The notes below the pieces were generated by a model. That model was not told where the DNA came from and made no database searches. It worked only from the letters and a program-made list of their open reading frames with translations. The position numbers and the translations under genes are program-made. A stretch of 59,334 bases of DNA, counting the filler, from Sphacelaria rigidula (lineage: Eukaryota), in the NCBI GenBank assembly GCA_964200075.2. It is 9 parts of 9 records of this genome, joined end to end, with 100 filler letters (N's around TTAATTAATTAA, not from the genome) between each part and the next. Parts side by side here need not be neighbours in the genome. Positions count along the whole stretch, not along the records: positions 33,021 to 39,524 come from CAXNAA020019691.1; positions 39,625 to 46,128 come from CAXNAA020019692.1; positions 46,229 to 52,731 come from CAXNAA020019693.1; 6 more parts are not named here. One strand, 5' to 3'. Numbering within the stretch: position 1 is the first letter of the stretch; each line of letters starts with the position of its first letter. Shown here piece after piece: positions 38,983 to 51,300 of the stretch.

Positions 38983-39425
38983 GTACAGGCTGGGCTGACC
39001 AAGATCCGAATTTGTGGTTTGAAAACCCGATCTCAACTTAATTTCGCGAGTAAGACTTCGAAACTTGGTAGGGAGGAGGAAACGGGCATGCTAAAACGCT
39101 GTCGCTCGGGACACAAAGTTTTTTTTTTCGTGAGTTATGGGCAATAATCAGTATCTAGATATCAGGAAAATATCGCTAACTCACGAAAAAAAAAACACCT
39201 TGCGTCCCGCTCGACAGCGTTTCAGCATGCCCTGTTCTTCCTCCGTACCTAATTTCGAAGTCTAACTCGCAAAAGTTAGGTGAAAGACGGCGATTTGGAA
39301 ACCGGGCCGGGCGAAATTCGGAATAACATTTTCCAGGCCGTTCACCGGTCCAGGCTTGGTTTTTGTGCCTGCAATATTTGTGTGTAACCTCGCTGGGCTA
39401 TAACCGAACAAAGTGGGAAAGGTTG
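38983..39425. mobile_element. Hairpin-containing non-autonomous element; related copy at about 57094-57540
   Basis: Both copies begin (A)GTACAGGCTGGGC and contain an inverted repeat of about 100 bp (39040-39138/39178-39278; 57160-57257/57284-57385), followed by ACCGGGCCGG.CG..ATT. Confidence 0.65.
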
Positions 39426-40178
39426 ATATATATATATATATATATATATATCAAGGGTCGGACAAATAATGATTCGTCTGGAAATTTCTTGGTTTTAGTA
39501 TGATGAGTCGACTCGTGACAAATCNNNNNNNNNNNNNNNNNNNNNNNNNNNNNNNNNNNNNNNNNNNNTTAATTAATTAANNNNNNNNNNNNNNNNNNNN
39601 NNNNNNNNNNNNNNNNNNNNNNNNGCCGTAGTTCAAAACACCTCAGGATCGACGTTTTTCAAAACCAATTGGGCCAGTCCCTGGAGGTACCACGCCCCTG
39701 ACCATAACCCTAACCCTAACCCCAATCACAGGGATGTTCAAATTCCGATGCGGTCCTCTAAGCACGCGGTCCTTTCATGCGTTAGAACCTGACGCTAAAG
39801 ATGTTTCGCTGCCAGCCTCAGCGCGCAGCTGCTTATTGTTCTGAAAGCGCGGCTTTTGATATGGCCACAGCCACCGCACCCCGTGTACTATGGGCAGGTG
39901 TTAATGCACACACCTAGTCTCCGATGTTGGGTAGTGTGTGTAGAGTACAAAGTTGCTAGAGAGAACGATGCTGTTGTTGGCTCTCATTTCGACCGCGGGT
40001 CAGATATATTCAACTCGATTCGAAAGTGTACTATGAGTCTACGCGACAACGCTCATCATATTCCTTCCCTGCTTACCATTCATTCACTGTCACAACCAAA
40101 ACGTATCTCCGTCCCTACCCCCCTCCCAGATTATTGGCACCTTGCATTGGAGGCATACAGCTGTTTATACTGTACAAG

Positions 40179-42629
40179 ACATGTCGGCACCTTTGTCTTT
40201 GAGCGAACGCATCGAAGCTTTGGACAGGGAAACAAGATCATGCTGGAGGCGGGTAGATGAGCTCGAAGAGGAGGAGGCATCCCTCGCTAATCGCTTGATG
40301 GGGCTAGAGAAAGTACGGCGCGGCGAGCGCATAGAGGTAACATACATATGTTTATCGACGCATTTCAAGCTTCGTTCGAGTTGCGCTGCTGTACATGTAT
40401 AGAATAGATGTGTAGGTGAACTGGAAGGTGGCAGCACGCAATGTGGGGAGGAATTACTTGGTGTCAAGCCGTACTTGGCTGTTGTAATGCGTGAGAGGAC
40501 CGCGTGCTTAGAGGACCGCGCCGTAGTTCAAAATACCTCAGGATCGACGTTTTTCAAAACCAATAGGGTCAGTTCCTGCAGGTACCATGCCCCTGACCCC
40601 AACACTAACACTAACAACCCTGACCACAGGGGTGTTCAAATTTCGATGCGGTCCTCTAAGCACACTGGCGACTGACATTGTGAATTGATCGTCTTCTCCG
40701 AGCATGTAAATTCCCGTTGGTTGGTGTGACGACGGGCTTCAGAATACCCCACCATACTGTTGACAACATATGATGTGTAGTCTACAAGACCCATTACACA
40801 GCCACAAGTATAAGGTGGCGGGGCGGGGGCGATATTTCAGATAACGAGCCGGTGTCCGTTCACAATCGGTACGATGCTTTTCTTCTAGCTTCCAGTTTCC
40901 ACATATCCATGATGGGTGCACCAATTCCGGTAGCTGTCGTTGTCCAGACTCACCGCCGGCACGCCTGTTCAGCCGGAAACACTGCTGGTACGTCTATGAA
41001 GCGCGTAGCCAGCAACGCTGATTCTGTATCGGAACAATAACTCCAGTCTCACCTTCCTCCCATCTCACGGTGCTTTTGTCATACGTCCCTTGCCCTCGTG
41101 CATGCAACTGCTGCTGACTGCTTCTGAATGGAAAGATATTGATGTTAGAGAAGGCGTGCAAGACAGCGGAGATGGCTATGCTGCACGCTGAACAGGAGGC
41201 GGCAGATCTCCAAATGAAGGCCGAGGGCCTCATCCACTCAGAGAAAAACGCAACGGTCACCGATACTGCTGTGGCAATGGGCTCAGCACCTACGGATGTC
41301 GATGCAAACGGCGCGATCAAGTACGTGCTGTTGTACACCTTATCATGGAGCCATTGAAACATGGTTTGGCGATGAGCGTTTCTCGCTCTGCCCTTAGAGC
41401 TGAGCAATATTCAGGTCGCTGTAGAACCGACCAAGTGTGAGGTTTTCATAAACCAAGGAGAGGAACAGCCAGGTTAGATGGCCACGTCGGTGGGTATAGT
41501 GAAGCTTTACGAAATAGCACCCACTTTAGTCTCTGTTCTCGGTTTAATCTGTCGGCTGTACATGCGCCCCTTGTGAAAATGAAGTAGGCCTCGAGGGGCC
41601 GTGGCCCTGGCGGTTGCTCTGAGCAAAATTCCAGTGCACGAGGGAAAGAAGAGCAACCTGCTAGAGCTGCTGAACGAGCAAGAAATCAAACTCAGGGGCG
41701 AAATTTCTGATTCTGCCAAGATGGCTGCCGAACTCAGGTGACGCAATCGTCCCTTCTTCATTTAGTAGCCCCACCCAGAAAGGTGTTGACGTGAAATATC
41801 CATACATCTGTGCGACGTCGGTGGTGTCGTGTTGCGTAGCACAGACTGCTGATTGAGAAAAGCTTCCGTGCGTTAGCTCCGAAGCTGGGCTGTGAACTTG
41901 TTCTATATGTCTGATTGCCATGGGGCACCTATCTTGTAATTTCAACAGACGTTCGTCGAAGAAGAAGCACGCGGAGGTGGTGAAAATGGAACGTCAAACG
42001 GCTGCAATGCGCGGAGAGCTGGTGAAGACTAGTGCCGAAATGGAGGTAGATGTCAGCTGTGAGACGGGATACGCAGCAGTGACGGGACGGCATCGAATGA
42101 AGTCGCCTGGTGGCTCCTGCATCACGCTGTACCTCTTGCCATAATTTCTCATTCGTTATTCTCCCTAGGGGCACCCACTCGCGTTTCTTCAGCATTCGTT
42201 TGTCCGAGGAACATCGGGAAGCGAACCAGGAGTGCAGTGCACTTAATACCTCTTGAGGTATCTCTAGACATAGTGCGTCCGATCATGGTTATGCAACGAA
42301 GTAAGCGCCGAGAAATGGAGTATAGAACAAGGTCCGTTGTCAAGCGGCTGCAGTCGCATAGCAAGTTTTGAATTTCATTCAAATTCAGGGATATCACGTA
42401 CATGAGAGTGTTCATCGAGTTGCTCTTCGACGGTATATATTTATGCGCCGTCCTCATGATACTACAGATTGAGGCAAGGATGGCGCGTGCACAACAACTG
42501 GCCGAGGGTTTACGTCGTCGTCTGCAACATGGGAAAGAAAAGCTGAGTGAACTCCGCACTTCTCTCGTCCAGGCAAGATCAGTGATGCTGCTGGAGTTGG
42601 AGTTACAAAGCAGTTGCCGCCCCACGTGA
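40179..42629 (+). CDS. Multi-exon coiled-coil protein of unknown function. Exons: 40179/40181-40312 (alternative donor 40336), 41136-41320, 41588-41737, 41949-42045, 42468-42629
   Basis: All introns are GT-AG and the phases chain 0,2,2,0 into one ORF: MSAPLSLSERIEALDRE...LEK|ILMLEKACKTAEM...GAIK|PRGAVAL...MAAELR|RSSKKKH...SAEME|IEARMARAQQLAEGLRRRL...CRPT*. It is heptad-like and E/K/L/A-rich. The 5' end is uncertain. Confidence 0.85.
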
Positions 42630-43759
42630 AGAAATCACATGGTCAACGGATGCTGGACGGGTATCCACTGTAATCACGAGATTGACCTCAAGAGAAGGGG
42701 GGGGGGGGAGGGAGACAGAGAAAGTGCTTCCCTCGCCGGAAATCGTCCTACCAACACATGGTCGAGTACTTTCCACTTTTCACAACTGCACACACATAAA
42801 CATTCCGCATGTGCTGAAAGCAGCGAACTAAGCATCCATGAACTTCCGAGAATATGTTCTACATCTAAATCGCATTTTGCCTGCGAGTGTCCTCTATTCC
42901 CTGTAGGGACCCTCGAAAAAACTGGAGGAACAAGAGAAGCGAAGCTCGGCACTAATTCAAGGTATCGCAGACGCCAAGGCGAGGCTTCGCCCTCATGAAG
43001 GCAGAGAAGACCTGCGGCTCAGCAGTTCTAGCGCTAGCCGCAAATTATCTCGGGGTGGGGGTCATCGCTCATCGACTTCCACGCCTAAACTTCAAATGGA
43101 ACCACGCGGCGGAGGAGTCATCACCGTTAGTAGGAAGGGACCGCAAAATGGACCGACATCACCATGGGTATCAGAGCACGGCTACCGTCGCTAGGTGGGG
43201 CTCGGAGTGGAAGCCGAACACGGGGTTCGATCGACGTTTACTCTAGCATATACATTCGTGTCTATTAGATACACGCTGTCGTGGCCACGCAGTGTTGGGA
43301 AAGCGAACGAATGACGAGCTGTGATTTCACCGTACGGTTTACGTGGACCTCGTCGAATCGCAAGGCCTGAGAACCACCGCAACGAATGTTGCTAAACGTG
43401 GGTCTCGAAAGCATGTGATATGCCACCCGTCTCGCGATTTTTCGGCAAATGTAGGATATAGTCCATGACTAAGCTGCTGCCATTGTAACATCGGCTACAT
43501 TGAAAATGGGTCTGCATCGGCAACTGCCAAGGCGTGTTACTACGGCAGCCACTAGCAAGCAGCAGCGGTTGATGTGTCGCTCAATATTGACTGTTCTTCA
43601 GCGAGTGTAGGTTGTGTCTAATCGAAGCAGATTTGCTTTTTTCAACAGCCTAGCTGTACATTTTTGTGCCCACAACGACCGGCTTCAATTTCATCCAAAA
43701 TACCTTTTCAGCCGAGCCAGAGAAATCTATGCGAGGGTCCAAAATGCAGTGTTTCTCGC

Positions 43760-44455
43760 GGTGGCCATTGCTCGAACCCATAGCTATTCATCAGCTGAGC
43801 ACGCTGTACTTGACCTTGGTCGAATCTGTGTTAATTTTCGAAGAGACCTTATGATCCGTCGGACGAGCACCCAAATCACACACTCAAAGGGTCACGAACG
43901 ACACTTTCTCGGTTGTAGGATGTCACGTATGCTCCCGCTCTCCCTCCTATACTGAGCGGATTTCCGTGAAAGACTGCCGTCAGGTGGACGAGCGAGAGTT
44001 CACACTGAGGGTTCTGAGCATGAGCGTTGGGTGTGTGCGCTTTTGGGGGGCTTAGTCTGTAGGACTTATGTTTTGTACCAGTACACTCCGTATCTGTAAT
44101 GCAAAAACAGGAGAGATACGGAGTGTACTAATGCAAAAACAGGAGAGAGGGTAGAATGAGTCCTACACACTAAGCCCCCCAAAAGAGCACACACCCAGCG
44201 CTCATGCGCACAACATTCAGTGTGAACTCTCGCTTGCCCACCTGACGGCAGTCTTTCATGGAGATCCGCTCAGTACAGGAGAGAGAGCGGGAGCATACAT
44301 GACATCTTACAACCGAAAAAGTGCCGTTCGTGACCCTTTGGGTGGATGGTTTGGACGCTCGTCCGAAACAAGTCATAGTTTCTCATCGAAATTTGAACAG
44401 ATTCGACCAAGGTCAAGCACAGCGTGCTCCGCTGATGAACAGCTATGGCTCGTGC
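43760..44455. repeat. Long inverted repeat (arms about 300 bp) with a nested central hairpin
   Basis: 43780-44066 is the reverse complement of about 44158-44448, with scattered mismatches. The loop holds AGTACACTCCGTATCT / AGATACGGAGTGTACT. Confidence 0.9.
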
Positions 44456-45159
44456 TGTCTTTTTGGTTTGCGGGGGCAGTGGGTGCCTCAGGTTCACGTG
44501 TAGTTGTGTTGAGTTGTATCAACACCTATTTAGGTGTGCTAGTCAGCGTACACTCCTGTTTCCCTTGGAGCTGAATGGATTATGTTTGGCAAAACAGACC
44601 CTTCAAGACTGTTTTCGAAGGGTGACGTCGCAGCGCCTAGTCACAGGCAGTTTCGATGGAACACATTGAGAGAGATGAGGGCGATTTTTCTCGATAATAC
44701 ACCGCCTTGGATTCAAAATGACCGAGTGAATCGGCATCGACCGACGAAAGCGATCGACGCAGAGTACAATAACAAGATAATAACCATAAAGCGAGAATTG
44801 TTTGGCCGCTAGCGAGTCAGTAGACCCAGGTTTTCACGGGTGCTACGTATTAGCGAACGCCGTAAAAGCATTTGAGGCAAATATTTCGCCCCACCACTGC
44901 TACACGTCAACCGCACTCCATCAGCCGCTCCTCCGTACTCCCAGGTGTCAAGATTTCAGTGTAGATCCTGTAGCGCACACTACCCTCAACACGTGCTGTA
45001 GTCTTTCCATTTCGGAGGTGTAGAGCGCAACCCGGACACGCCTCACGCAACGCTCAACTCTACAAGTGATGTCGCGCCCAGACATGAAAAACGTCCACAT
45101 AACCCAGCTAAGCAACACCGTAGCAACCGATTAGCAATCCACAATACTACTTACTCATA

Positions 45160-45815
45160 CTACATCTCCGATTCCCTGAGTGGCCTGCCCAAGAACATCT
45201 TCAGGAGTTCTTTGTCCTCCATCACGCTCCCCTGCAAGTAGTACAACTGGTTTGCAGCTCGGAATGAAACGAAGGGCCTCATGGCGTTTGGTTGAGGCTC
45301 CACCTGTCACGTCATGGAATGCATGGCATTGCCCTTCATGTCGACTGTGTAGCGCCATGCGGTCTATTGATACCGAAGGTGAAGTCATTTGACGAAGCGC
45401 AGCGTCAAACCTCTGTACGCCATTGCTTCGGAGGATTTCATCTACCACGAAAAGCAGAATTTCCAGGCCGCATGAAAACAACTCGCGACTTACCCATCCC
45501 TGATTTTCGGTAGAGTATTTTTTTTATGTCATCTCCAGAAGCCATAGCATAGCGCGGTTGAGTTTTCGAGCATACGGGTCGCGGCACTTGCACTAGCGTT
45601 TCATTTTATGGTGAACGACCACCTGCTATAACAAATCTGCAAGAGTCGACAGTCACGGCGATTCACAGCTCAACACACGCGAAACGCACCTCGTCCAAAG
45701 AAAACTCCGTTGTCTTTATTCCTCCTGTCATAGTAAGACGCTGGGCCTTAAATCGTCGGTGTTCATTGCCCGCAGTATCATCGCCTCCCCCTGCGTCCGG
45801 GGTCCCAGTTAATAT
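45160..45815 (-). CDS. Possible 3' end of an unknown gene: exons 45815-45690 and 45231-45160
   Basis: A 42-codon exon (ILTGTPDAGGGDD...TEFSLDE) with GCAG acceptor and GAG|GTGCGT donor is in phase with a TTGCAG-led terminal exon GSVMEDKELLKMFLGRPLRESEM*. No domain was recognised. Confidence 0.45.
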
Positions 45816-46397
45816 CTGCTGGCAGCAAGTGACGGCAATAATAGACGTAAGCGGCACATAACGCGTTACGCTGGGCGGCAGGGAATAAAAACAGTGAAAC
45901 AGTGTAGAGTTTGCCTGCGGATTCTGGGTGGTTGGTGGCTGATAAAGGGTCGCAAATACCATTGCCACAAACGTTTTCTTGTCTGTCAAACGACAACTTC
46001 GGCTGAACACTTGTGTTACTGTTGAACCGGGGGTGGGAGGGGGGGGGGGGGGGGGGTGCTCCCCTTTCTTTCTCTTTTTTGCTCTCTTCGCTGCTACCCC
46101 GCCCCCCCCCTCACTCCGGGGGTGGGGGNNNNNNNNNNNNNNNNNNNNNNNNNNNNNNNNNNNNNNNNNNNNTTAATTAATTAANNNNNNNNNNNNNNNN
46201 NNNNNNNNNNNNNNNNNNNNNNNNNNNNAAGCGAATGATCAAAGCCACTCTCAATCGTATCATCTACTCCCAATCTCACGAAAACCCTGTTTGATGTATA
46301 TCTCGCATTATTCAAGGGCCTGTCAAAAATATATTTCGGGACACGTTGGCCCCAAGATCGAAAATTCGAGTTTTTGAGGTGGGGAGGGGGGGGGGGC

Positions 46398-46680
46398 GTA
46401 CTCATTTGTTGCTTGCCTTGGTCATTTGACCATTGACCACGCATACCCCTTTCGAGACGGAGCACCGTTCCTACTCTTAATAGAGACATCTTCAACATTC
46501 CGGCGCTCATTACGTTTCCTCCATACACTACACAATAACCTTTTGCATATGTTATCCCCGTCCTGTTTCGCCGTCTCTGACCACCATCTATCTCGTAGTA
46601 TAGCCATCGTTTTCCTTCTAATGTTTAATGCATTAAACGATTTCATCCCACCCTCGTTCACGTCTCGCATTTCCCCCTCG
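46398..46680 (-). mobile_element. 5'-truncated LINE 3' end (subfamily B of the G-tract elements); short copies at about 16316-16380 and 59257-59326
   Basis: ORF 46422-46670 (…AILRDRWW…DNICKRLLCSVWRKRN…) resembles a LINE ORF2 C-terminus. A short 3' UTR ending AAATGAGTAC abuts a C-run, and both flanks are G-rich. Confidence 0.7.
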
Positions 46681-48360
46681 TGAGGGAGCGGGGAGGACCC
46701 AGCCTGCTGCCCCCTTTATTGTCGAGGCGTTGGCGGATGCGGCCAGCTGCTGTGTACAGAAATTCTCGGCATGGAGACCGCTGAGGAGACGGACACACCG
46801 CTCCTCCAAGCTCATCACCTACCGCCACCTTCCATGATTATATTTATGGGATCGTGTTCCGTGTCGTGTGGCTCGACTGCCCAGCACTATATAGATGTGT
46901 GTGAGCGCGTCGCCGGCATCCGAGGTCAACGGGACAGAGTGGGCAAGGAGCAGAAGCAAATATACGAACCTCGCAAAGCCCGCCAGAACTTTCGGTTTTT
47001 GTCAGTGTTTGTTGATCAAATTCTTTCAACAATTTCAACAAAAAATCGAAAAAAATCACAAAAAATCCACGAAACACGATGTAAAAAATCATGACACTTT
47101 TCGAAAAGTTGCCCTCCGAGAGGGGGGGGGGTGGCTTCATGTCCGAAATTTTTTCTCTCAATAGACCCTTGCATTATTAGTCATTTCCCCATATATTAGC
47201 GCCCGTTGTACCCGGGGGCCGGGGTGGGTATACTCATGATCATGCATGCCATAGTCATAAGACGATTGACCTCGCATCCCTACAAAGCAGGGACGAAGCA
47301 CGCCGGGTTTTCGCCGGACCAGGCTCGCACCCAGTCACCAAGCGCGAAGCGCCGTCGTGTGTTCGGCGAGTCGCATGAGGGGCAATCTGCATCCTGCTAG
47401 GATTGTTCGCCCCGAGGCCAACTGATTATTTGACACTTGGATGACAGCCTACAATGAGTTTGCTCCATCTTCTGGTATCGCCACTTCCAGAGACAGCCAT
47501 GGCTTATACACTGCCTCATGGATTTCTCAACATGTAAACACTACGTAGTGCGATCATCCCCTTCGTACGGAGTTGAGGTTCTCCCACGCCGCACAACATG
47601 ATCCAGCTCGACTACCATGATAGTTACCGCAAAAAAAACACAAGCGCGCAAAAAAACCTGGTGACGTGGTTGCCTAGCTTACGCAGTGAGTGGCGTGTTT
47701 CATAGCGTCATCGCCAACCGACGCCAACCCCATCGGGGGTCCGCCCCTACAAAGCCGGGACGGAGCACGCCGGGTTCTCACCGTTGTACCGGGGGAGAGA
47801 TGAGTTGATCCTTGAGACCACGGACTCATCCCGAGGAAGGAGTGGAGTTGAAATTGCGACAAATTAATATATATGCTGTATATATAACAATGTTTCCGTG
47901 AGATTGAGGGTAGAGGATACGATTGAGAGTGAAAAGTGGTCAAGTAGTGAATTAATCGTTTCAGTTCCGAAATGCCCCTCCACGAGACCCGATAAGCTTC
48001 CGGTAGTAGCTTGCCACTGAGGTCCTCGATATCCCTGAATAGGATATCGACGTGTAGCTGTAAGCACACGCCAGGGCTACCAGCAAAGGAAAGCACACAC
48101 GGAAACAATATTGGACTGGTGCCGAGATAGCCCCCCCCCAAACCGGCCAAAAACGTGCACGGAGGCGATGATCATAACTGCCGTTAAAGCTGATTTCGTG
48201 CCGCACGACGCGACTGATTTGGGCGTTATAGCTGCTTTCGGACTGCTACACGCCTCTCATGTGGGTGAAATAGCTGCAAACGAGCTCAATAGTGGGATCG
48301 CAGCCGGTTCGTTGGATGGTGTCGGTGCACTTTTTGTGGGGGGGCTATCTCGGCATTAGT

Positions 48361-51300
48361 CCCTTGTCCCCTGGTCATCATCCAGGATCCACTATATACT
48401 AACCGTGACGGCGTGATTTCGCCACAGCACCCCCAAAGCGCGTTGGACGAGAATCGAGCAACGAGTTTGACACTCAGAAAACTAACGCCAAAAAAATTGA
48501 GCAAGTCACAGCTGAATCCCACTATCGGCGTACGATCATACCGACGTCGATACACTGTATTGAGCGCCCATTGCACAGCGGGCAACAAGCCCATCCACTC
48601 GGTCACCGCTCTACGCTGCTCGAGAAGAACAGAGCGAAGAGCACGAACTTCTTCCTTGACCATGCGTTCGCACGTACCGTTAGACCACGGAGAATACGCT
48701 ACCGCAAACCGGTGATTAACGCGCAAAGCCTCTCGCAACCGAGCCAAGATCGCATTCTTGAAATGCGTGGCGGTATCACTCACCCACACACGGGGCATCT
48801 CCAAAGTTTTGCACCAGTTCAGCAAAGACGTAGCAGTCGATTCAGCAGTACACACTGCTACTTGTTCCAGAGCCACAAAACTGCTCATATCATCCATGAT
48901 GACCACAATATATCGGAACCCAGCATCCTCCGACAAACCTCGGGAAGCTAGCGGGACACGCTCGCCCACGTGCAAGAAGTCAAAATGAACGACTTCATTC
49001 GGCGTGGTCCTATGGACCGTTTCACGGAGCAGGCGGGGAACAACATCGCCCGCCCTCGAGTCAGCACAGTGAAGACACTGGCAGACAAATTCGCGCACAT
49101 GAGTTTCTATCCCCTACCAGACACAAAAGTCTTGCAAGCGCACGAGTGTCGCAGCCACACCACGATGCCCGGCATCGCGCATGTGCGCACAAATCATCAG
49201 ACGTACCTGCAACTACTTGTCAGAACTTGGAATCCACAAAACGTTTCGACCACGCGCATGCACACGAAACAGACCTTCATTGTCCAAGATATGACCTGAA
49301 CAAAATACCGTCACGGAGCAAAAAGTAGGACATATAAGTCAGTGTCTCGTTTTCCTGTAACGGTGCGTCTTCGTCTATCAGATATTGAATATAAGAGCCA
49401 TATTTTTTTGCCTGTTCGGTTCGCAACTCGTCTTTGTTTACAGACGTGAAAATATATGTAGCGCCTGTGTGGGTAGCATTGACGGTAAACAGCCCTCTGT
49501 CGCTCTGTACTGGTTTGAGCAGTACCAACGTCCGACTCGGAGGATTGCACGTCCGCATCTTCGGCCCCAAGGACTTTTCATTGCGCTTGGCGGACTGTAA
49601 TGCGTGAGAGGACCGCGTGCTTAGAGGGCCGCATCGGAATTTGAACATCCCTAGGGTTAGGGTTAGGGTCAGGGTTAGTGTTAGGGTTATAGGCAGGGGC
49701 GTGGTACCTGCAGGGATTGGCCCGATTGGTTTTGAAAAGCGTCAATCCTAAGGTGTTTTGAACTACGGCACGGTCCTCTAAGAACGCGGTCCTCTCACGC
49801 ATTACACGGACAACAGATTTCCAACGCATCTGTGAACCCTTAAAATTACCACTAAGAAAAGCCAGCGGTTCAGGCGTCATGTCTTCAACCGGCAACCGGG
49901 TTTGCATTTCTGCATCATGCACCTGCGTTTCAAAACTACCCCAATGGCACTCAAATGCATCTGGAAACATGGACACCTGACGATCAGGCGAGGATGGAAC
50001 AGCGTCACTGCATGAGGCACCAGATCCTTCGCTGCTACCCACGCCTGCAGCCTGTCCTCCGTCCACGATGCAGCCTTCTTCGGAAACCCCATATCCGGAC
50101 TGGACCACCCCGCCTGCAAATTCCGTAACACCAACCCGAGCGCCAAAAGAGCCGCCATGCACAATGCCAACCAACTTGACTGCACTGGATCGTACCGCCG
50201 CGGCTTCGTCTTCACCGCGGACGCCCCAGGGTTCGGCTGAACACGCATGGGCTCCACGCAGGTAGGGGTATCACCCCGCAGCGCACGACGAAACGCGTTG
50301 ACGCAGCAATGCGATATACCGCGCAGGCGCTCCGCTTTTGAGACGCTGATGCTTCTCGCCCCAGCGTCCGTCACGCTCTCCTCCAGCGCGACTTTCCGAG
50401 TGGACTCCTCTTCCGCCGGATCAATAAATATCTCCGGGCCGCGCTCTATCAAGCGTTCCACCGCCACATCCCGCTCCTCGGTCTCCTGCCCTCCATCCTC
50501 CTGAAAAGCATCCACTGACAAGCTCACGCGGCGACTGCCCAAAATGGCGGGCGTCTCCAAGCTTGGACCAGGCGGAGACATCCGCGTCCTCATGGAGTCC
50601 GACAACCGCTGAGAGTTGACTCCTAGATCCTGAACCATCGGCAACCCTAGAAGAATAACGCCATCCGATCCCGGCATGATCGCAAACGAGATCGGAGGCA
50701 CCGCGCCGGCCCCCAGGAAGTCATCAAAGTCAGCTGCAGCGGAACAGTACGCTCTGTGACGTAAACATGCTGACCGGACGCGGTGACGGCCTGCTGCGCC
50801 CCGAGCGAAAATGGAGTGCGCAGCGGCACACCCGGGAGAAGATGCTCCAACATCTCTACAACCTGTACCGACAGAGTCACATGACCCGTCCAGTGGTGCC
50901 AGAATCCCACTTAGCCTCTACCGCAATGGCTCCCCGCACCCAGTGATTCGGGAGATACAACTCTGCAGGAATATATCTGCCTTGATACTCGACCGGCATC
51001 TGCTCCGCCGACAGATTGATCGTGATCCCCACTTGGCGCCCCGGCTGCGCGTGCGGCGCAGGCATAGACGTCCCCGCTGGGGTCACCGGCACCGCTGGCG
51101 GGTACGAAGCCCCGCCCGCAGAACCAAATTTCAGCGGTACTCCGGCCGACGCAGTAGCGGATCCAAATTTCAGCTGAAAACTGCCCGGCTCCGCAGCAGG
51201 CGTCTCGCCTTGCTCTGCTGCCGGCGGCGCCGGCACCGAGCCCGACACTAGAGAGGTCGGTCCCACCTGCACCGTCCGTTGTGGAGCAGCAGCCCCTGCG

